A stretch of DNA of 64,000 nucleotides from Vicugna vicugna. Its lineage: Eukaryota. The DNA lies in the NCBI GenBank assembly GCA_013265495.1, contig MU058384.1:5204792-5268791 (forward strand), in the 5' to 3' direction. A program made the translations under genes and the position numbers. The notes beneath the pieces were generated by a model. That model made no database searches. It was not told the DNA's origin and was given only the letters and a program-made list of their open reading frames with translations. Numbering within the stretch: position 1 is the stretch's first letter; the number at the start of each line of letters is the position of its first letter. Positions 22,441 through 36,039 of the stretch are shown here, piece after piece.

Positions 22441-24079
22441 TTCTGTCAGCTAAGTGAGCTGTTATTTCCATGACTGGCCTGTTTCTACCTGGGTTCTTAA
22501 TAATTCATTAAAAAAAAACTATATATGCAATTCCATTTTAGCACACATTTTTGAAAAGTTATTGTTTGTCTTATGGACAAAATGTAAGGAATAAAGGGGA
22601 AAGATAGGATCTTGCCTTTGAAGAATTTGTTCTTTAGGTGTAATCCTGTGATTAACCTATCACAGAAAGAACTCCAGGAGAGTTCAAAGGCAAGGCAGTG
22701 ATTTAGTTCAGCTCAATGCAGAGATTCCAAGGGATCTTAAAGGGAGGCAGAGCTCTTTCCAGAAAGAAATACTTAGGAAAGACTTGAGGTGAATTTTGAA
22801 GTTAGGGTAAAAAAAACGAAACAAAACAACAAAGCAGTTGACTTGATGGGGACCAGGAGGTGGGAATTCCTGCTAGACACGAACATCTGTAGGAATGTCC
22901 AAAGCACATTGTGGTGGCCTGATTGCTTAAAGTTGTGGGGCCATGATGACACTGAAGAAGCTGCTAAAACACAGGTTGGTGAGTCACGGATTGGTAAGAT
23001 AGGAATTCGGTGTAGTTCTTGTGAGGTTTTGAATTGAGAGTTGGCTTCTCACAGCAGAGAACTGTTGCTTAATAATCACTTCTAACCAAATACATGGAAT
23101 AAGAGTTTTGTACAATAAACAGAATTTTCATTGCAGTATTGTTTGTTCTTTTAAGAACGTAAGAGAATTGTTCTTGCTTAATTATGTTAGCCTATGTCTG
23201 TCTTTAGAAACTATTAATTTTTTTTTCTGAGGCTAATTGAGAATTTGCCACATAGAAAGGTAGTCATTTTGACCTTAAAATGCTTATGAACCTTTCTTAT
23301 ATCATTATGCCTCATGTTGTCTATAATAACTAAGAATTTACAAGTTTAATTTCCTTCTGTAGATCAGTGGTTTAAAATCTGCTTCAAGAATCGCTCTGGG
23401 GGAGAAGAAGGGAGATGTCTTGTTTCATAAGTTGAATTTCAGTCTGAAAATTATTAGAAGAAAGAGGTCCCCTGATTTTTTTTTAAAGAATATCACTGCC
23501 ATAGGTTAAGATTAAAAGTAACAGGTTAGATTAATAAAGCTCAGAATGTGTGTTGCATGTGTTTTGAGGGTTGGGGGAGAGGGGAGGGTGGTACAAACAG
23601 ATCGTTAGATTTGCTGAAATATTTACATACAGAATCTTATCTGTTATATCTATAATACACGCAATGAAGCACAGTTGTCTAAGTAGCATAGGTTCTCAGA
23701 GATTAACAAAGTGGCCATCAGCTTTGTGGGCTTAGAGCAGAAAACTAAGAAATTAATGTTTCAATTTTTCTCATTCTGTCAGCAATATGTTGTAGAACAT
23801 CCAAAGCAAAAGTTGAACCAGCTTTACTATTTAGTCTAGAATTTAGTTTTAATTATTATTTAGTTGATTATTTAGTCTAGAAAACACTGTATCTTAAGAA
23901 GAGTATAATTTATTTCACTCCTTCAGATAAGTCAGTTGCTTCCTTAGGAGCTTCTAAAACAAGACTGTGATGTGTTAATTGAGCCTCTAGGTTGGAAACT
24001 CCTAGCTTTCTATACAAATCTCACTATCCTTTGTTTGTATAATTTAGAATGTTATTTTGATCGCTAGAAATCCATTTCA

Positions 24080-24425
24080 TTGTTTTCATTATCATTTGTC
24101 TCAAGGTATTTTTTAATTTCTTCTTTGATTTTGTTGCTGACCCATTTTTTTTAACTTTTTAATTTAAAAAATTTTTGATCCATTGGTTTTTTTTTTAGTA
24201 GCATGTTGTTTAATGTCCAAGTAGTCATTTTTTTCCCTCATTTTTCTTTCTGTGGTTTCATGCCATTGTGGTCAGAAAAGATGCAAAAAAAACCCAACCC
24301 CCAAAACAATGAACTCACTCTTAAAAAAATAGGAAGGACTTAAATTTCCAACAAAGGAATGGTCAAATAAAGTAGTATATAGACACAGAGTGAAATATTA
24401 TGTAATTATTAAAAACAAAAACAAA
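24080..24425. mobile_element. Composite L1-derived insertion with perfect 14-bp TSD
   Basis: agaaatccatttca at 24066-24079 and 24426-24439. An antisense L1 ORF2-like piece ends in ccattgtggtcagaaaagatgc, followed by a sense L1-like piece and an A-rich tail. Confidence 0.72.
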
Positions 24426-24533
24426 AGAAATCCATTTCAGATCCTTTAGCAGACTTAATCACCACACTACCCTTCCTCTTCTTCCCCCAAACAAGCAAAC
24501 AAACCACTCCCCTGAATCTTTTTCCATCTAAAT

Positions 24534-24736
24534 CAGAGGTTGCCAATCAAAGGTGATTTTTGCCCCCGGGGGCTGTTTGGCCACGACATTTCTGTTTGTT
24601 GCAGCTCGGGGAGAGCTGCTGGCATGTAGCGGAGAGGCAGGAATGCTGCTAAGCAGCCTACAATGCACAGGGGGGTTCTCTCCAACAGAGAATTATCTGG
24701 CCCCAAGTGACAATAGTTTGAGGTTGAGAAACCCTG
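24534..24736. mobile_element. MER20 hAT-Charlie MITE
   Basis: ggtgatttttgcccc, gctgctaagcagcctacaatgcacagg, gaggttgagaaaccctg; 8-bp flanks atctaaat and gcctaaat. Confidence 0.88.
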
Positions 24737-24923
24737 GCCTAAATAGATGTACCCAGTCTCATTTTGTATTCGGTGTCTGTTGGGCTGTCCATTTTTCAGT
24801 GCATTCTTTGCTTTGAAAAAGCGAAAGGCAGCATCCCTGATCTCAGCAGAGAAACATGCACGCCAGTGTTTGGCCTGGTTTTGAATTATCAACGCTGCCC
24901 CCCTGAATGTACTCTTAAAATAA

Positions 24924-24931
24924 TGACGTCA
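24924..24931. promoter_or_regulatory. Perfect CRE palindrome TGACGTCA in non-repetitive sequence
   Basis: Exact 8-mer with its CpG retained; motif match only. Confidence 0.3.
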
Positions 24932-26869
24932 AATCACTCCAGTACTTGCAAGTAACGTTTCCCAAGAGGGGAAAAAACGATTTAAGGAATTTCCAAGTAG
25001 TGAGAATCGCGAAGTCGTGAAAAAAGCATGGAAAAGACAGTTTGGGACTTCACACTTGGCCTCTGTTGACCTTTACTCTGGGATTGTTGACTGTTCTCAT
25101 CTCACGCTCAATAAAAAATGATCTCCCTGATTCTTTGAAAAGCAGAGACTAGTTTACATAAAATTCCACCACCTGCTCCACTGTAAACGGTAACACCCAC
25201 CCATGTCCTTCAGGGGATGGGGGGAGGGTCTCAAGGAGAAACTGTTGTGTTTTTCTAGCCCTGGCGGCAGCAGCTTCTCTGCAGGTGGCGAATTAGATGT
25301 CATTTAATGGGTGCTTGATAAATATTGTTGAGGGACTGGCTTCAGACCTGGGGTGAATTTCTTCCCTGACACGCTAATTCCTTTCAGTCTAGCCGTGATC
25401 GGCATTTTCTCTCAGCCCACTGGGGCTGTTCCAAAAACGAGATGCTTACAAACAAGTAAAGAAAATGAGACGTTCAGTTTTGAGCATTTGCAGTGAGAGA
25501 GTACTTAGAAAATTAAAAGTTGTGTTTCTTAAACTTAGTGAGAAAGGATGTTCAAAACGGGATAAATGTGTTGAGCCTGAAGTTTGCTTGACCTTGTTCT
25601 GACATCGTGTGGACCCTCTTATCTGCCTCACGAGGAGAATTTTTTGTCAGCTCCTGCAAAACGTTTTGACTGCAACGAAAGCTGAAAGCTGATCTCTCCT
25701 GTTTGGCTCAAGTGAATTGGGAAACAAAACCATGTGAAAATCTTGGGGCTAGAAAAGCAGCCCAGATGAATTAGGATTTGCTTTTAATTTGTGAGTTCTA
25801 TGGCTATAGGTCACCATTTAGAAACTGGAAACGCAAACTTCCTTAATTCCAAAAGGTAGTTTAAGCACATGCGTGATTTACAGATCTGTTCCTGAATTTT
25901 TACAGTGTGCTTTTGAATCTCCGTTCTAAAGGAGTTAAGGAAGCAGGGCACCTCCCAGCCTCAGGAGTAGGTACACTGTGTACAGTAGACCTCGTATTGC
26001 TGCTTCGACTGGCCAGAGTCTTCATGTGACCTCACGGCTGCTGATAGCCTCGGTGCCATAAAGGAATGAAAGTCCAGAGACCATCACTGGGTCCTTTGAT
26101 AAAAAAGGCTGATCTAGAAGAAAGAAATCCCAGCCAGCCTGAGGAGTCACGTAATCAGAGAAGCCACACGGGCACTAGGGCACTAGGCCTCTCAGCCACT
26201 GGCACAAAAGCCAGAGTCCCCTCAGGTAACAAAGCAGGCTTTCCCAGGTCATCCGGTAGGGAAGGGCAGCGAGTGCCTTGTACAGTGGGGCCCAACCCTG
26301 GGCTCGTTTTATAATGAGCTCGCTGCTACTCGGGGACCGGTTCCCCAGCTGATGTTCCGGGCTCTTCCCTGCTGCTTGACTGTTGGCCCACTTGGGGCTT
26401 CAGAAGGATGTTGGTTTTTCTAAAAATATGTTAGAACATTTTAACAAGCCACAATTCAAAAGCAAGTCTGATTAAGTAGACCTGTATTCTTTCTTCCCGT
26501 TGTGACATTAAAAAAAAATACTTTCCATTTTAATCATACCTTCACTTGACTGAAGACCAGTGGTGTTCCAGCAGTTTTGTTCAATTCTCAAACCCCTTAT
26601 GATGAGCAGGAGCTCAGCGGGCCAGAAGTTACCATTTACTTTCCCCTCCTTGAACTTCAGTCTGACTAGGGGAAAGCGCTTAGTCCTGTTGGTGGTTTTG
26701 GTGCTACATTCTCACATTAATGGGTTAGTGAGAGAAACTCTGGCAGATTCTTAGAGCGGAAGGTGTCTTGGGGATCATCGAAAATGTCCAGGACAAAGAA
26801 ACAGAAGGAGTTGTCTAAGGTCACAGGGATATTGAATGAGTGAGTCAAAATTGTGCTGTTTAATATATG

Positions 26870-27400
26870 TTATGAGGATGGATCTTCACGTGTTCCTACC
26901 ACACAGAAAACCCAAAACGAACAAAATCACACACAAAAGGACACAAGGGCATTTCTGGAGGTGATGGACATGTTTAGTACCTTGATTATGGTAAAGGTGT
27001 CATGGGTATATGCATATGTCCTAACTCATTAAGATGTATACATTGAACATCTGCAAATTTTGTGTACTAATGAGACATCATAAAAGCTTTTTTTCTCCAT
27101 TTTGCCAAACAATGCTTTCTTTTTAAAAAATCTTTCTTTCCCTCAGCTTTATTGAGATATATCTGACATATGGTATTGTGTAAGTTTAAGGTGAACAACA
27201 ATAAAGCTTTGAAAAGAAAAAGGAGATAAAAAGACAAGCATTGATTGAGAGAACATATTTGCAACTAATGTATCTTTCAGAAGACTTGTATCCAGAATAT
27301 ATAAATAACTCTTGAAATTCAACAATAAAAGATATGTAGCTTATTAAAATATGCAAAACACAGATACTTCCCAAAAAAGAGACATAAAACGTAACAATAA
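26870..27400. mobile_element. Cluster of old L1M fragments in both orientations
   Basis: ggaggtgatggacatgtttagtaccttgatt; cagctttattgagatat; atatttgcaa...gacttgtatccagaatatataaataactc. Confidence 0.7.
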
Positions 27401-28329
27401 ATATTAACAATAACTTGAAAAGAAAAGATTTGCTCGAAGCATTTTGGGCCAAGTTCACAGCTCTTTTTACTGCACTGTTCTGAACAAAATTATATAGTCC
27501 CATGGTTGGATAATGCAATCATCATAATAAACAATAAGTAACAGTAATTTATACTCAGGTGTCCAAAAGACTCAGCTACAAAATATAAATTTAATTTTGC
27601 ATGGTTTCTGTGAACGTATATCTTTCATGGGCTTTCCTCAAACTAGACCCCTAATTGATTGGGATGCCTGGATTGGCAAGCTGCTCCTCATGGCTCTTTG
27701 TGGCTCTCTGGCCACCAGGAGAGTCCAGAGATTGATGCTGCATTCTTCTGTGAACGCATGGCTGGATGTGTAAATCGACTTCCTCCCCTCTGTCCTGTGG
27801 TTCTCTGCCTGCAGTATATTCCAGATCACAGGGATTTGAGAAACTAATAAAATGCACCTTTGTATTCTTCTCAAATTGGGAATGAGTATAAGACATCCTT
27901 TATTCTGCATTATTTGTTTCTCTCCAGAGCAATGTTGGGGTTTCCTTCCTCATAAGTTATTAAGGAACGCCCCTCAGGCAGAGGACACGACCTCAGTATA
28001 TTTTAAAGCAGGGGCTGCTGCTGGTGTGATTTAAGCCCAGGGGGTTTCTTAGCCTGGGGCTTCTGAGAGTTTAAGAATTTGACATTTTAGGAAGTTTATC
28101 ATCAGTTTCCTCCTGTAGGTCAGGTCTGGAGGAGTTAAGTCTCCTGCCAGGGGAGATAATTGTTTGGTAATGAGACTTAGTCATCGGGGGTGCTCTGCTG
28201 ATCTTTGTAGACAAACCAGAGAAGAAAGAGGCTGGAACAAGAGGCCTGCTGCTCTGCGTCTCTGCTGTGTGACGTGGGATAGAAAGTGGACTGTGGGGCT
28301 TAAACCATTTCAAAAGCCCAGGTCAAGCT

Positions 28330-28346
28330 GAGCCTCCTGCTGGCGG
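28330..28346 (-). promoter_or_regulatory. Candidate CTCF core motif
   Basis: Minus strand reads CCGCCAGCAGGAGGCTC, close to the CCAGCAGGGGGCGC consensus. Confidence 0.4.
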
Positions 28347-28467
28347 CTCACTGAGGGGCTGTTGGCAAGTAAATGCAGCTGACACGTCATTATTTTTTTT
28401 TGTTGGGGGAGGGGGCTCTTATTCTGCTTCTGAAGTGTAAAGGCTGCTTTTACATTGTGTCATCTTC

Positions 28468-28726
28468 ACAAAAGGCCACATATTTTCAGATTCTGTTTAT
28501 ATGAAATATCTCAAAAAGGCAAATCCACAGAGACGAAAGATGGAGGGGATGGGGAAGGGGATTCAAGAGGCACTGCTCATGGGTGGGGTTTCTTTTTGGG
28601 GTGATAAGAAACATCCTGGATAAGATAGCGGGGGCGATGGCACAACACAGAGCACGTATCCTACAAACACTGTATATTAGAAATGGTGAGTTTTATGTAA
28701 TGTGAATGATATCTAAATAAAAAAAT
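28468..28726 (+). mobile_element. L1MB-like 3' end
   Basis: aaaaggccacatatt...aggcaaatccacagagac...ggggtttctttttggggtgat...tgtgaatgatatctaaataaaa. Confidence 0.8.
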
Positions 28727-28799
28727 AGGCAGTGTGTCATCTCAAGATGAGGACTGGTGAAAAGTGGCATTGAAGGTGGCGGGTCCTGCCACGCTCTGG

Positions 28800-29040
28800 A
28801 TGATAACAGCACCTCCTGCTCGCTGTGCGCCAGCCATTGTTCTAAGGGTCTGACACATGTTCACCCATTTATTCCACACAACAGCCCCCTGAGATGGTGC
28901 TGGCTATACCCACACTTTACAGATGAGGAAACTGAGGCACTGGGAGGACAGATCACACAGATCATGCAGCTCGGGCATGACTGAGCCAGGCTCCTCACCG
29001 GGCTGTCTGGTTCCAGAGTCAGTGGCAGGACCCCAGTGCT
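28800..29040 (-). mobile_element. MIR SINE
   Basis: Core cactttacagatgaggaaactgaggcac. Confidence 0.8.
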
Positions 29041-29964
29041 GTGCTCTGTCTGAATTCTAGCCAGGCCACTGCAGGATCCTGAACAAATAATCAGGGAGAC
29101 CACGTGGGTACGGGAGCTCAGGGTGCCCCAGTCTGAACGTGGCACAAGCTGGGCCTCCAGCAAAGGTTATTTGCACAAGCAGATAAGTCCACCCGGCTGT
29201 CGTGCCAACCCTGGGACTGACATCAGCCCGCTCTGGCCCCTGTGTGTTCAGAGCTGAGGGACACAGGCATTGCTTGCTGTACATTGGTCTGTGTGGACAC
29301 GCCTCGTCCTCTCCCTGATACTTCTCAACAGGCCGGATGGAGGAAGCTTGGAGCCCACTTATGATGCGACACTGGCAGCCATCTCAAAGCACATGCCCTT
29401 GAAGGTTAATGTGTGCACACAACGCCATCCAATTTAGGTCTTTGGTGAGGAAGAGCCTTTAAAGCAATTTTTCATATGTTTTATGCTTTTAATATCAGAC
29501 AGACTGATCTCTGAAGGAAGGGAAAATGAAGCACTTTGAATATCTTTAAATAATCCTCATTTAAGTCAGTAATACGTTAGAAATAAGGATCTATTTACTT
29601 TCCATCTTTTGAATACTTAAAAAATAATTTTAGTGTTCTAATTTCTCTTTAGAACTAGTTTTTTTGGTAACAAGTGAAACTAGACACATATTTGGCAGCT
29701 GGAACTCTAAGCCATATGCCATGTGGACTGAGAGGTGAGAAACAATAGTGGGTAAACTGCTCCTTCAGTATCCCACTGGAAAGGCCTCTCCAGGTGGAGG
29801 GGCCGTGGGAAGCAGGGGGTCCACTTCCCATGCTTTATAAAGCCTGAGGCTCGTGTACATGCAGCCAGCGCACAAGCAGCCCTCCTCTCCGGGATTACAG
29901 CGAGCCCTCTCTCTCCTGTACTCAGCTCTTCTGCTGCATCTTTTCCCCACCTACCAGCAGATTG

Positions 29965-30128
29965 GGCCAGTCATGAACTTCTCTGTGAATTAGTTTCCCC
30001 ACTTGTAAAAAAGGTACAATTCTACCCATTTCATTACGTTTGTAAGAAGATGAAATGAGCAAATAAATGTATCTGGCGCAGCACGGTGTCTGGTATACAG
30101 TTAGTATAGTTGATGTTATTATTATTAC
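29965..30128 (+). mobile_element. MIR SINE fragment
   Basis: aacttctctgtg...agtttccccacttgtaaaa...gcacggtgtctggtatacagt. Confidence 0.65.
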
Positions 30129-31069
30129 TGCTCTTCAGATTCATTTTAATATAAATAGAAACACTTGTTGGTGGCAGTGAGGACAAGAGGTTTGTTTGGG
30201 GCTTCACATCCCTAAGGCTTGGGTCTCTAGAATTCCTCCTCTCTGGTTTACCCAGCTTCAACCCTCAGTGTTCTCAAGTGAAGATTTCACTAGCCCTTTC
30301 TTGTTGAATCTCTAAAGTTACTGGTTTGAAGATATGATAAGAGACAAACTATACTCATCCAGAATGCTAAAGAGAGTTATGCGGATTTCCCACTGAAAAG
30401 AAACATCCCCACTTGGCCATGGAGAGGTATCCAGGGAGGTGTGGAGGAGTGGTGGGCTGTAGGTTCTGTATATCTTGGCCACACCCTGCAAGGAGCTGCG
30501 CTCAGGGCTGGGCGCACGCCCGCAGTACGGCATATGCTTTTCTCGGGAGGGGTCAGTCTTTGCTGCGTTCTCCATGTTCTCTCGCCCAGCTCCTCTACCG
30601 TCAGCAGCACACAGTATTTAGCATTCAGGGCTCAGCACAGGACTTTCACACTCCTGAATGGTCCCCTTGCTTGCCTGTGTCTCCTACAGTCTGAATACCC
30701 CATATCAATAGAGATATCTTGTTCACCTTTGCATCTATAGCTCCCAGCAGAGTGCTCAGTACACAGGAGGTGCTCAATAAGTGCTTTTTAAAATAAATCA
30801 CTGCTGAGACAAATTTCAAAGCAAAAGAGGCACCCTTGAACATGAGGCAAAGAATGAACTTTATTGAACTTTCCAGGCATAGAAAGTAGGAGTTGGCACC
30901 AGCTGGCCTCTGTCTTATCTGGCATTGCCCTCCTCTCTGCCTTCAACGTGACAATGACCCACTGTCCTTTGATTTCCTGTGCGCATCAGGTCCATTCCAG
31001 CCACTCAGGATATGGTTTGCCAGGTTGTGCAGTTACACAAGGCCACTCCACCAAAGGGCATGCCCGTGC

Positions 31070-31388
31070 TGCCAGTAAGAATGTCATGCGAGCCACAGAC
31101 CTGAGTCAAACAGGGACTTTAAAATTTTCTTGTAGCCATGTTGAAAAAAAATAAAAAGAGGCAAGTGAAATCAATACAACATTTTATTTAACCCAATAGA
31201 TCTGAATAGTGCCATTTTAACATTCAATCAATGTAAAGATAATTGAGGCATTCTATATGTATTTTTCACACTGAATCTTCAAAACCCAGTGTGCATTTTA
31301 TATCTAGAGCACATCTCAACTTGGACTAGATGCATTTTAAGTGCTCAATAGCCAAATGTGGCTAGTTTCTGTAATACTGGGAGCTGTG
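31070..31388. mobile_element. MER33-like hAT-Charlie relic
   Basis: tttaaaattttcttgtagccatgtt...gtgctcaatagccaaatgtggctagt. Confidence 0.75.
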
Positions 31389-32544
31389 TTCCAATACTGG
31401 AATTGACAGTCTAGATAATGTAGAATTGTATAAACAAGTTTTTTGGAAGCTGACAGTGAAAAGACTTGTTCTAACAAAACCAGTGAATTACAACAATTTT
31501 CCAACAGAAGCAAAGGGCCTCTAGGAAATGGGGCCTTTTTTCTAATTTGCACAAAGATGCTTCTTGCTCAGTGATGGCCTTGCTGTCATGAGGCTTTTGC
31601 ACATGCTGTTCCCTCTGCCTGGAGTTCCATCTGCTGTTGACTGGTGGATATCTGCTCATGTTTCTATTAAAGTGTCAGTCTTCCATGAGGCCTTCATTCC
31701 ATTTTCTCACAGAGTCCAGCTTCTTTGCCTCATTGCACTTATTTGGATTTGAAATGATATATTCATGTGTGAGATTATTTGATTTAGTTCTGTCCCCAAC
31801 ACAAAACGGTAAACACAAGAAGGGAAAGTTCTTGTCTGCTTCTGTTCGCCATGGAATTCCTGACTCTGATCATAGTGCTGAGTGCATAGAAGGGGCTCTG
31901 GAAAAATCACGGAAGGGGTGCCCGGCTGCCTGCATGTGTCAGGGTCAACCAGTCCCAATGGTTTGTGACGCTCACTTATGTATCATCCTAGATACATCTT
32001 AGTGTCTGCCAGCAGGTTCAGGCAGAGTCTAGAATGTTGTTCAAGGTCTCTCAGGGAAGCGAGCTGACTGTCTTCTCTCTCACTACTCAAATGTATTTTC
32101 TTTTCCAATTCTGTGAATTCATCTGATCAATTTCCCCTGAACCTGTCCCTGGTTGCAGCTGCTTTATGTCTCTCTAGAACTGAATGACTCTGTGTTTTAT
32201 CTTGGACTCATTCAGGGGATTTAATCTTTAATGGCCACTTTAAAACAAATACATTTAAGATGTAAGTTAGTTGGTAGTGTGGAGAGCCAGCAACTCAGGA
32301 GATAAAACCCTCTGCATTTTGAAGCATACAGGGTTGGGCAAGTTCTTGTTGGAAATCCAGGAGCTGGAGGCTAGGAAATTTATTTAATTGTTCCGTATGG
32401 TGTCTTCTCCCTTCCATCCTCATTATTTCCACCAGTAAGAAAAATCAACAGAGGGGGCAGTTATGAATAAGAGATATAAAATGAATTAGGAGCACAAGGC
32501 AAAATGATTGCTCACCAATTAGCAATAATGATGTATGTTGTATT

Positions 32545-32760
32545 AAGTGGATTGGTTAAAATTTAGAACTCTGATGTTGTCAGACTGGGTTGAAATCCTG
32601 ACCTTGCCATTTACTAGCTGTGTGACCTTGGGCAAGTTATTTAACCTCTCTGACCCTGAGTTTCCTCATCTGTAAAATGAAGGATTGAAAAAAAAACCTA
32701 CCTTGTAAGTGTGTTGCAACACTTAAGAGAGCTATTGACTAGACAGTGCTGGCATAACAT
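32545..32760 (+). mobile_element. MIR SINE
   Basis: actagctgtgtgaccttgggcaagttatttaacctctctga...gtttcctcatctgtaaaatg. Confidence 0.88.
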
Positions 32761-33117
32761 TATCTCAGAAGTTATTTATTTTTTTGAAGGAGTTCGCACA
32801 TGTGTGACATTAAAGATCCAGTTAAAAATGGACCCTTTGGGTGTTACTGTGCAGACACAACCTTCACCTGGGAAGAAACGAACAAGGTCCAAAACCCATT
32901 AATATTTTGATTCTTTCTTGAGTCTTCTTCGATCGGGCCTCGCTGAAAAAATGTTCCAACAAAACAAGACCTCCCACGAGTAAAGTAAAAGCAGAACTGA
33001 TGGCTTTACAGTTTAGGGCTGGATCTCATGAAGATCTTTTCCTGTCTCTGAAATTTAGATATCTGTATCTTGTGACAAGTGAAAAAAATAATAAGAGGTA
33101 TAAAAGGCTGTAGAAGT

Positions 33118-33586
33118 AAAGGCACATCTCATTTTATTGTGCTTTGAGATACTGCATTTTTTAAAAAATTGAAGGTCTGCAGCAACCTTCCATTGAGTGA
33201 GTCTATTTGTACCATTTTCCCAACAACATTTGCTCACTTTGTGTCTCTGTGTCACATTTTGGTAATTCTTGCAATATTTCAAACTTTTAAAAATTATTGT
33301 ATTTGTTATGGTGATCCATGATCAGTGACCTTTGATGTTACTATTACAACTCACTGAAGGCTCTGTTGATGGTTGGCTTCTTTAAGTAATAAAGTATTTT
33401 TTAATTAAGGTATGTAAATTTTTTTAGATACATGCTCCAGCACAGTTGGTAGACTACAGTATAGCCTAATCATAACTTCTATATGCACTGAGAAACCGAA
33501 GAAGTCGTGCGACTCATTTTATTGTGATACTCGCTCTATTGTGGTGGTCTGGAACCAAATCTGCATTATCTCTGAGATCTGCTTGC
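33118..33586. mobile_element. Tigger1-derived non-autonomous element
   Basis: gctcactttgtgtctctgtgtcacattttggtaattcttgcaatatttcaaac and terminal gtggtggtctggaacc...tatctctgag. Confidence 0.85.
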
Positions 33587-34651
33587 ATTTCATAACTTGG
33601 GAAATGCTTAGTGCTCAGATCAGCCGGTTTATTCTAACTGGACTCTCATGAGTCTGGTGGATAATCTGACTCAGCTGGGAAGGTGGAACGACAAGTCATT
33701 CATTAAATGCTTTCTGCTCTGTTTTCCAGGCCTGGCAGGAAGCATATAAGGTGGTTTCCAACACAGTGAGATTATAAGGAAGCTGCCTGAAGCTCTCTCC
33801 CTGCTCAGGATTGTGAATCTCACAGATCTGCCAGAGTGCCCACAAATCCCACCATTAGAGATGCACTCCTTTGCATCGAGGTATGGGGTCCCTGGCAATG
33901 CCATGTTACACTGAATGTTTCCCTCCTCTTTCTCCCTAAGAGAAAGAGCGCATTAAGCCATTCCCAGCTATAGCCACCTTAGTTGGTCTTCAACACGTGT
34001 CAGTGGGGATGGTGAAAAAGATACCGACTCCTAGGTTAGAGATATCTGGGCTTAAAACCAGGCCTTTAGAAAACTGTACTATTTTTACAAATTATTCAAG
34101 TTATTGGGGCTTGTTTCCTTACTTGTAAGGAGGGGCGATATTAATGGGCTACTCCACAGGGCTGTCATGCAGATTAAACTATGTGATGGCTTTAACACAG
34201 GGAGCACAGCGATGCCTGTAGTAGCTGTCATTTACCTGAGAAGAGGTGAGGTAAATTAAGATAGAAGAAGGTGAAAGTCCCGAGTAGGGAGTCCAGCCTG
34301 GACCTGAAGCCCTGGGATATAGGAGATGGCCTGAGGCCACGAGTGCCTGAATGGGTGGGTGCACTGGGGTGAGGTAGGAAGAGGAATAGGGAAGAGCATG
34401 TGACAAAGGGAAAAGGACACTCAACAAATGTCACCAGCTGTAAGCTTCAGACTTGTCACAATGCCTGGGGTTGGGGGGTGTCCCAGAACTGATGGAATGG
34501 GGATGCTCCTGTCATTACTTCCATCACAACGAAGGCAGGAGAAAAATCATGTACTACATGCATAGAGAGAACTTGACATGTGTGGATTGGCTACACTGTG
34601 CCATCCAGATACTAATTTAAATTTATTTTCTAATTAAATTTACTTGTGTAA

Positions 34652-34784
34652 CAGAGAAAAAAATGTGACAATGAGTGTGTATATGTCCATGAATGACTGA
34701 AAAATTGTGCTGAACACTGGAATTTGACACAACATTGTAAAATGATTACAAATCAATAAAAAATGTTAAAAAAAATCCAAAAAA
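34652..34784 (+). mobile_element. Young L1 3' tip with perfect 16-bp TSD
   Basis: gacacaacattgtaaaatgattacaaatcaataaaaaatgttaaaa; aaatttacttgtgtaa at 34636-34651 and 34785-34800. Confidence 0.92.
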
Positions 34785-36039
34785 AAATTTACTTGTGTAA
34801 AACAACCTCTTTGAGAGCTTACTCCATGCCGCGGGGGTGGGGGGGATATGATACAGCAGTGAACATAACAGTTTGCTGCCGATGAACTCATGTGTCGATG
34901 AGGGGAAAGAGGGACAAAATCAATAAAGAAATACTAAATGCCATCAGATGATGATGAATGTTAAGAGGAAAACAACGTAGATAAAGATAGAGGGAATGTT
35001 GAGGGGTAGTATTTTAGGCAGAGTGATCAGGGGAGTCCTCTCTGTTAAAAATGGAATTAAAAAATTTTTCATTTATTCCTTTCATTCGACACTTTTATTG
35101 AGTGATGGGGAGAAATAAACATAAAAACATATCAATAAGCAAGATAACTTCATATAGTATAAGTGTGTAAAGGCAACAGATGATAAAATCAGAGATATGA
35201 TAGAAGAGTGATTGTTGGGGGTGGGGGTAAGATAGGGGAACCAGAAGGCAGAATTAAAATCTCCAGAGAACTTTAGCATATAAATGTGCAATAAAATTAT
35301 TACCTGTATATTACATATAATGTGTGTCTGTAGTCCTAGAATGTCTTGAATACATCAGAATATGTTAATAAAATTTGTCACAATTAGTTTCTAGGTGAGA
35401 GAATATGAAAAAAAATTGCTGGATTGTTTTATATATTTCCCTCTATCTTTCCATCTCCTGACTGATGAACCCACTCTCCCGCTTTTCATTGTTCCCCCAC
35501 AACTTGAGTGTTTATGGTTATCACCCATTTAAAGTACTCTAGAGGCCAACATTCTTCATACACTTTACCATTTGAACCATTTCAGCACCTCACTGCTTTC
35601 TGTAATCTCCAGCTAAATGAAGTATGCTTCATATTGTAGTATAAGGCATTTTGTTTATTTCCAGAATTATCTCAAGATTTTTATGCAGAAACATGGCTAC
35701 CCTCTTTTTCCCAAAATGAAGTCTCAAAGTTGGCTAATTCAGATCTATTCTCTGATACAGGGCAGTTTCTAAACCATTTTGTAAATGACCCAGACTCAAC
35801 AATCCTGCTAAGATTTTTTTCTCAATAGAATTGGCTGTAAAACTGTAGGAGAGAATCCTTCCAGCCATCTTTAAAACTAACTCAAAGTCTCTTCTTGAGA
35901 GGGGGTTTATTCTTAAGATATTTTCCCCCATGACATAGTCACCCAAAGATACACTAGTTTCCCCTTCCCTTTTTCCCTTTGCCTGTCCCTTTAAAGTTCC
36001 TCTTGTTTTCTTTCAGTTCTCCTCTTTTCAGGCTTTAGT

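Noticed and set aside
24893..24908. CTCF motif on the minus strand
   Set aside because: Has six G's and lacks the 5' CC of the core, so the fit is poor.
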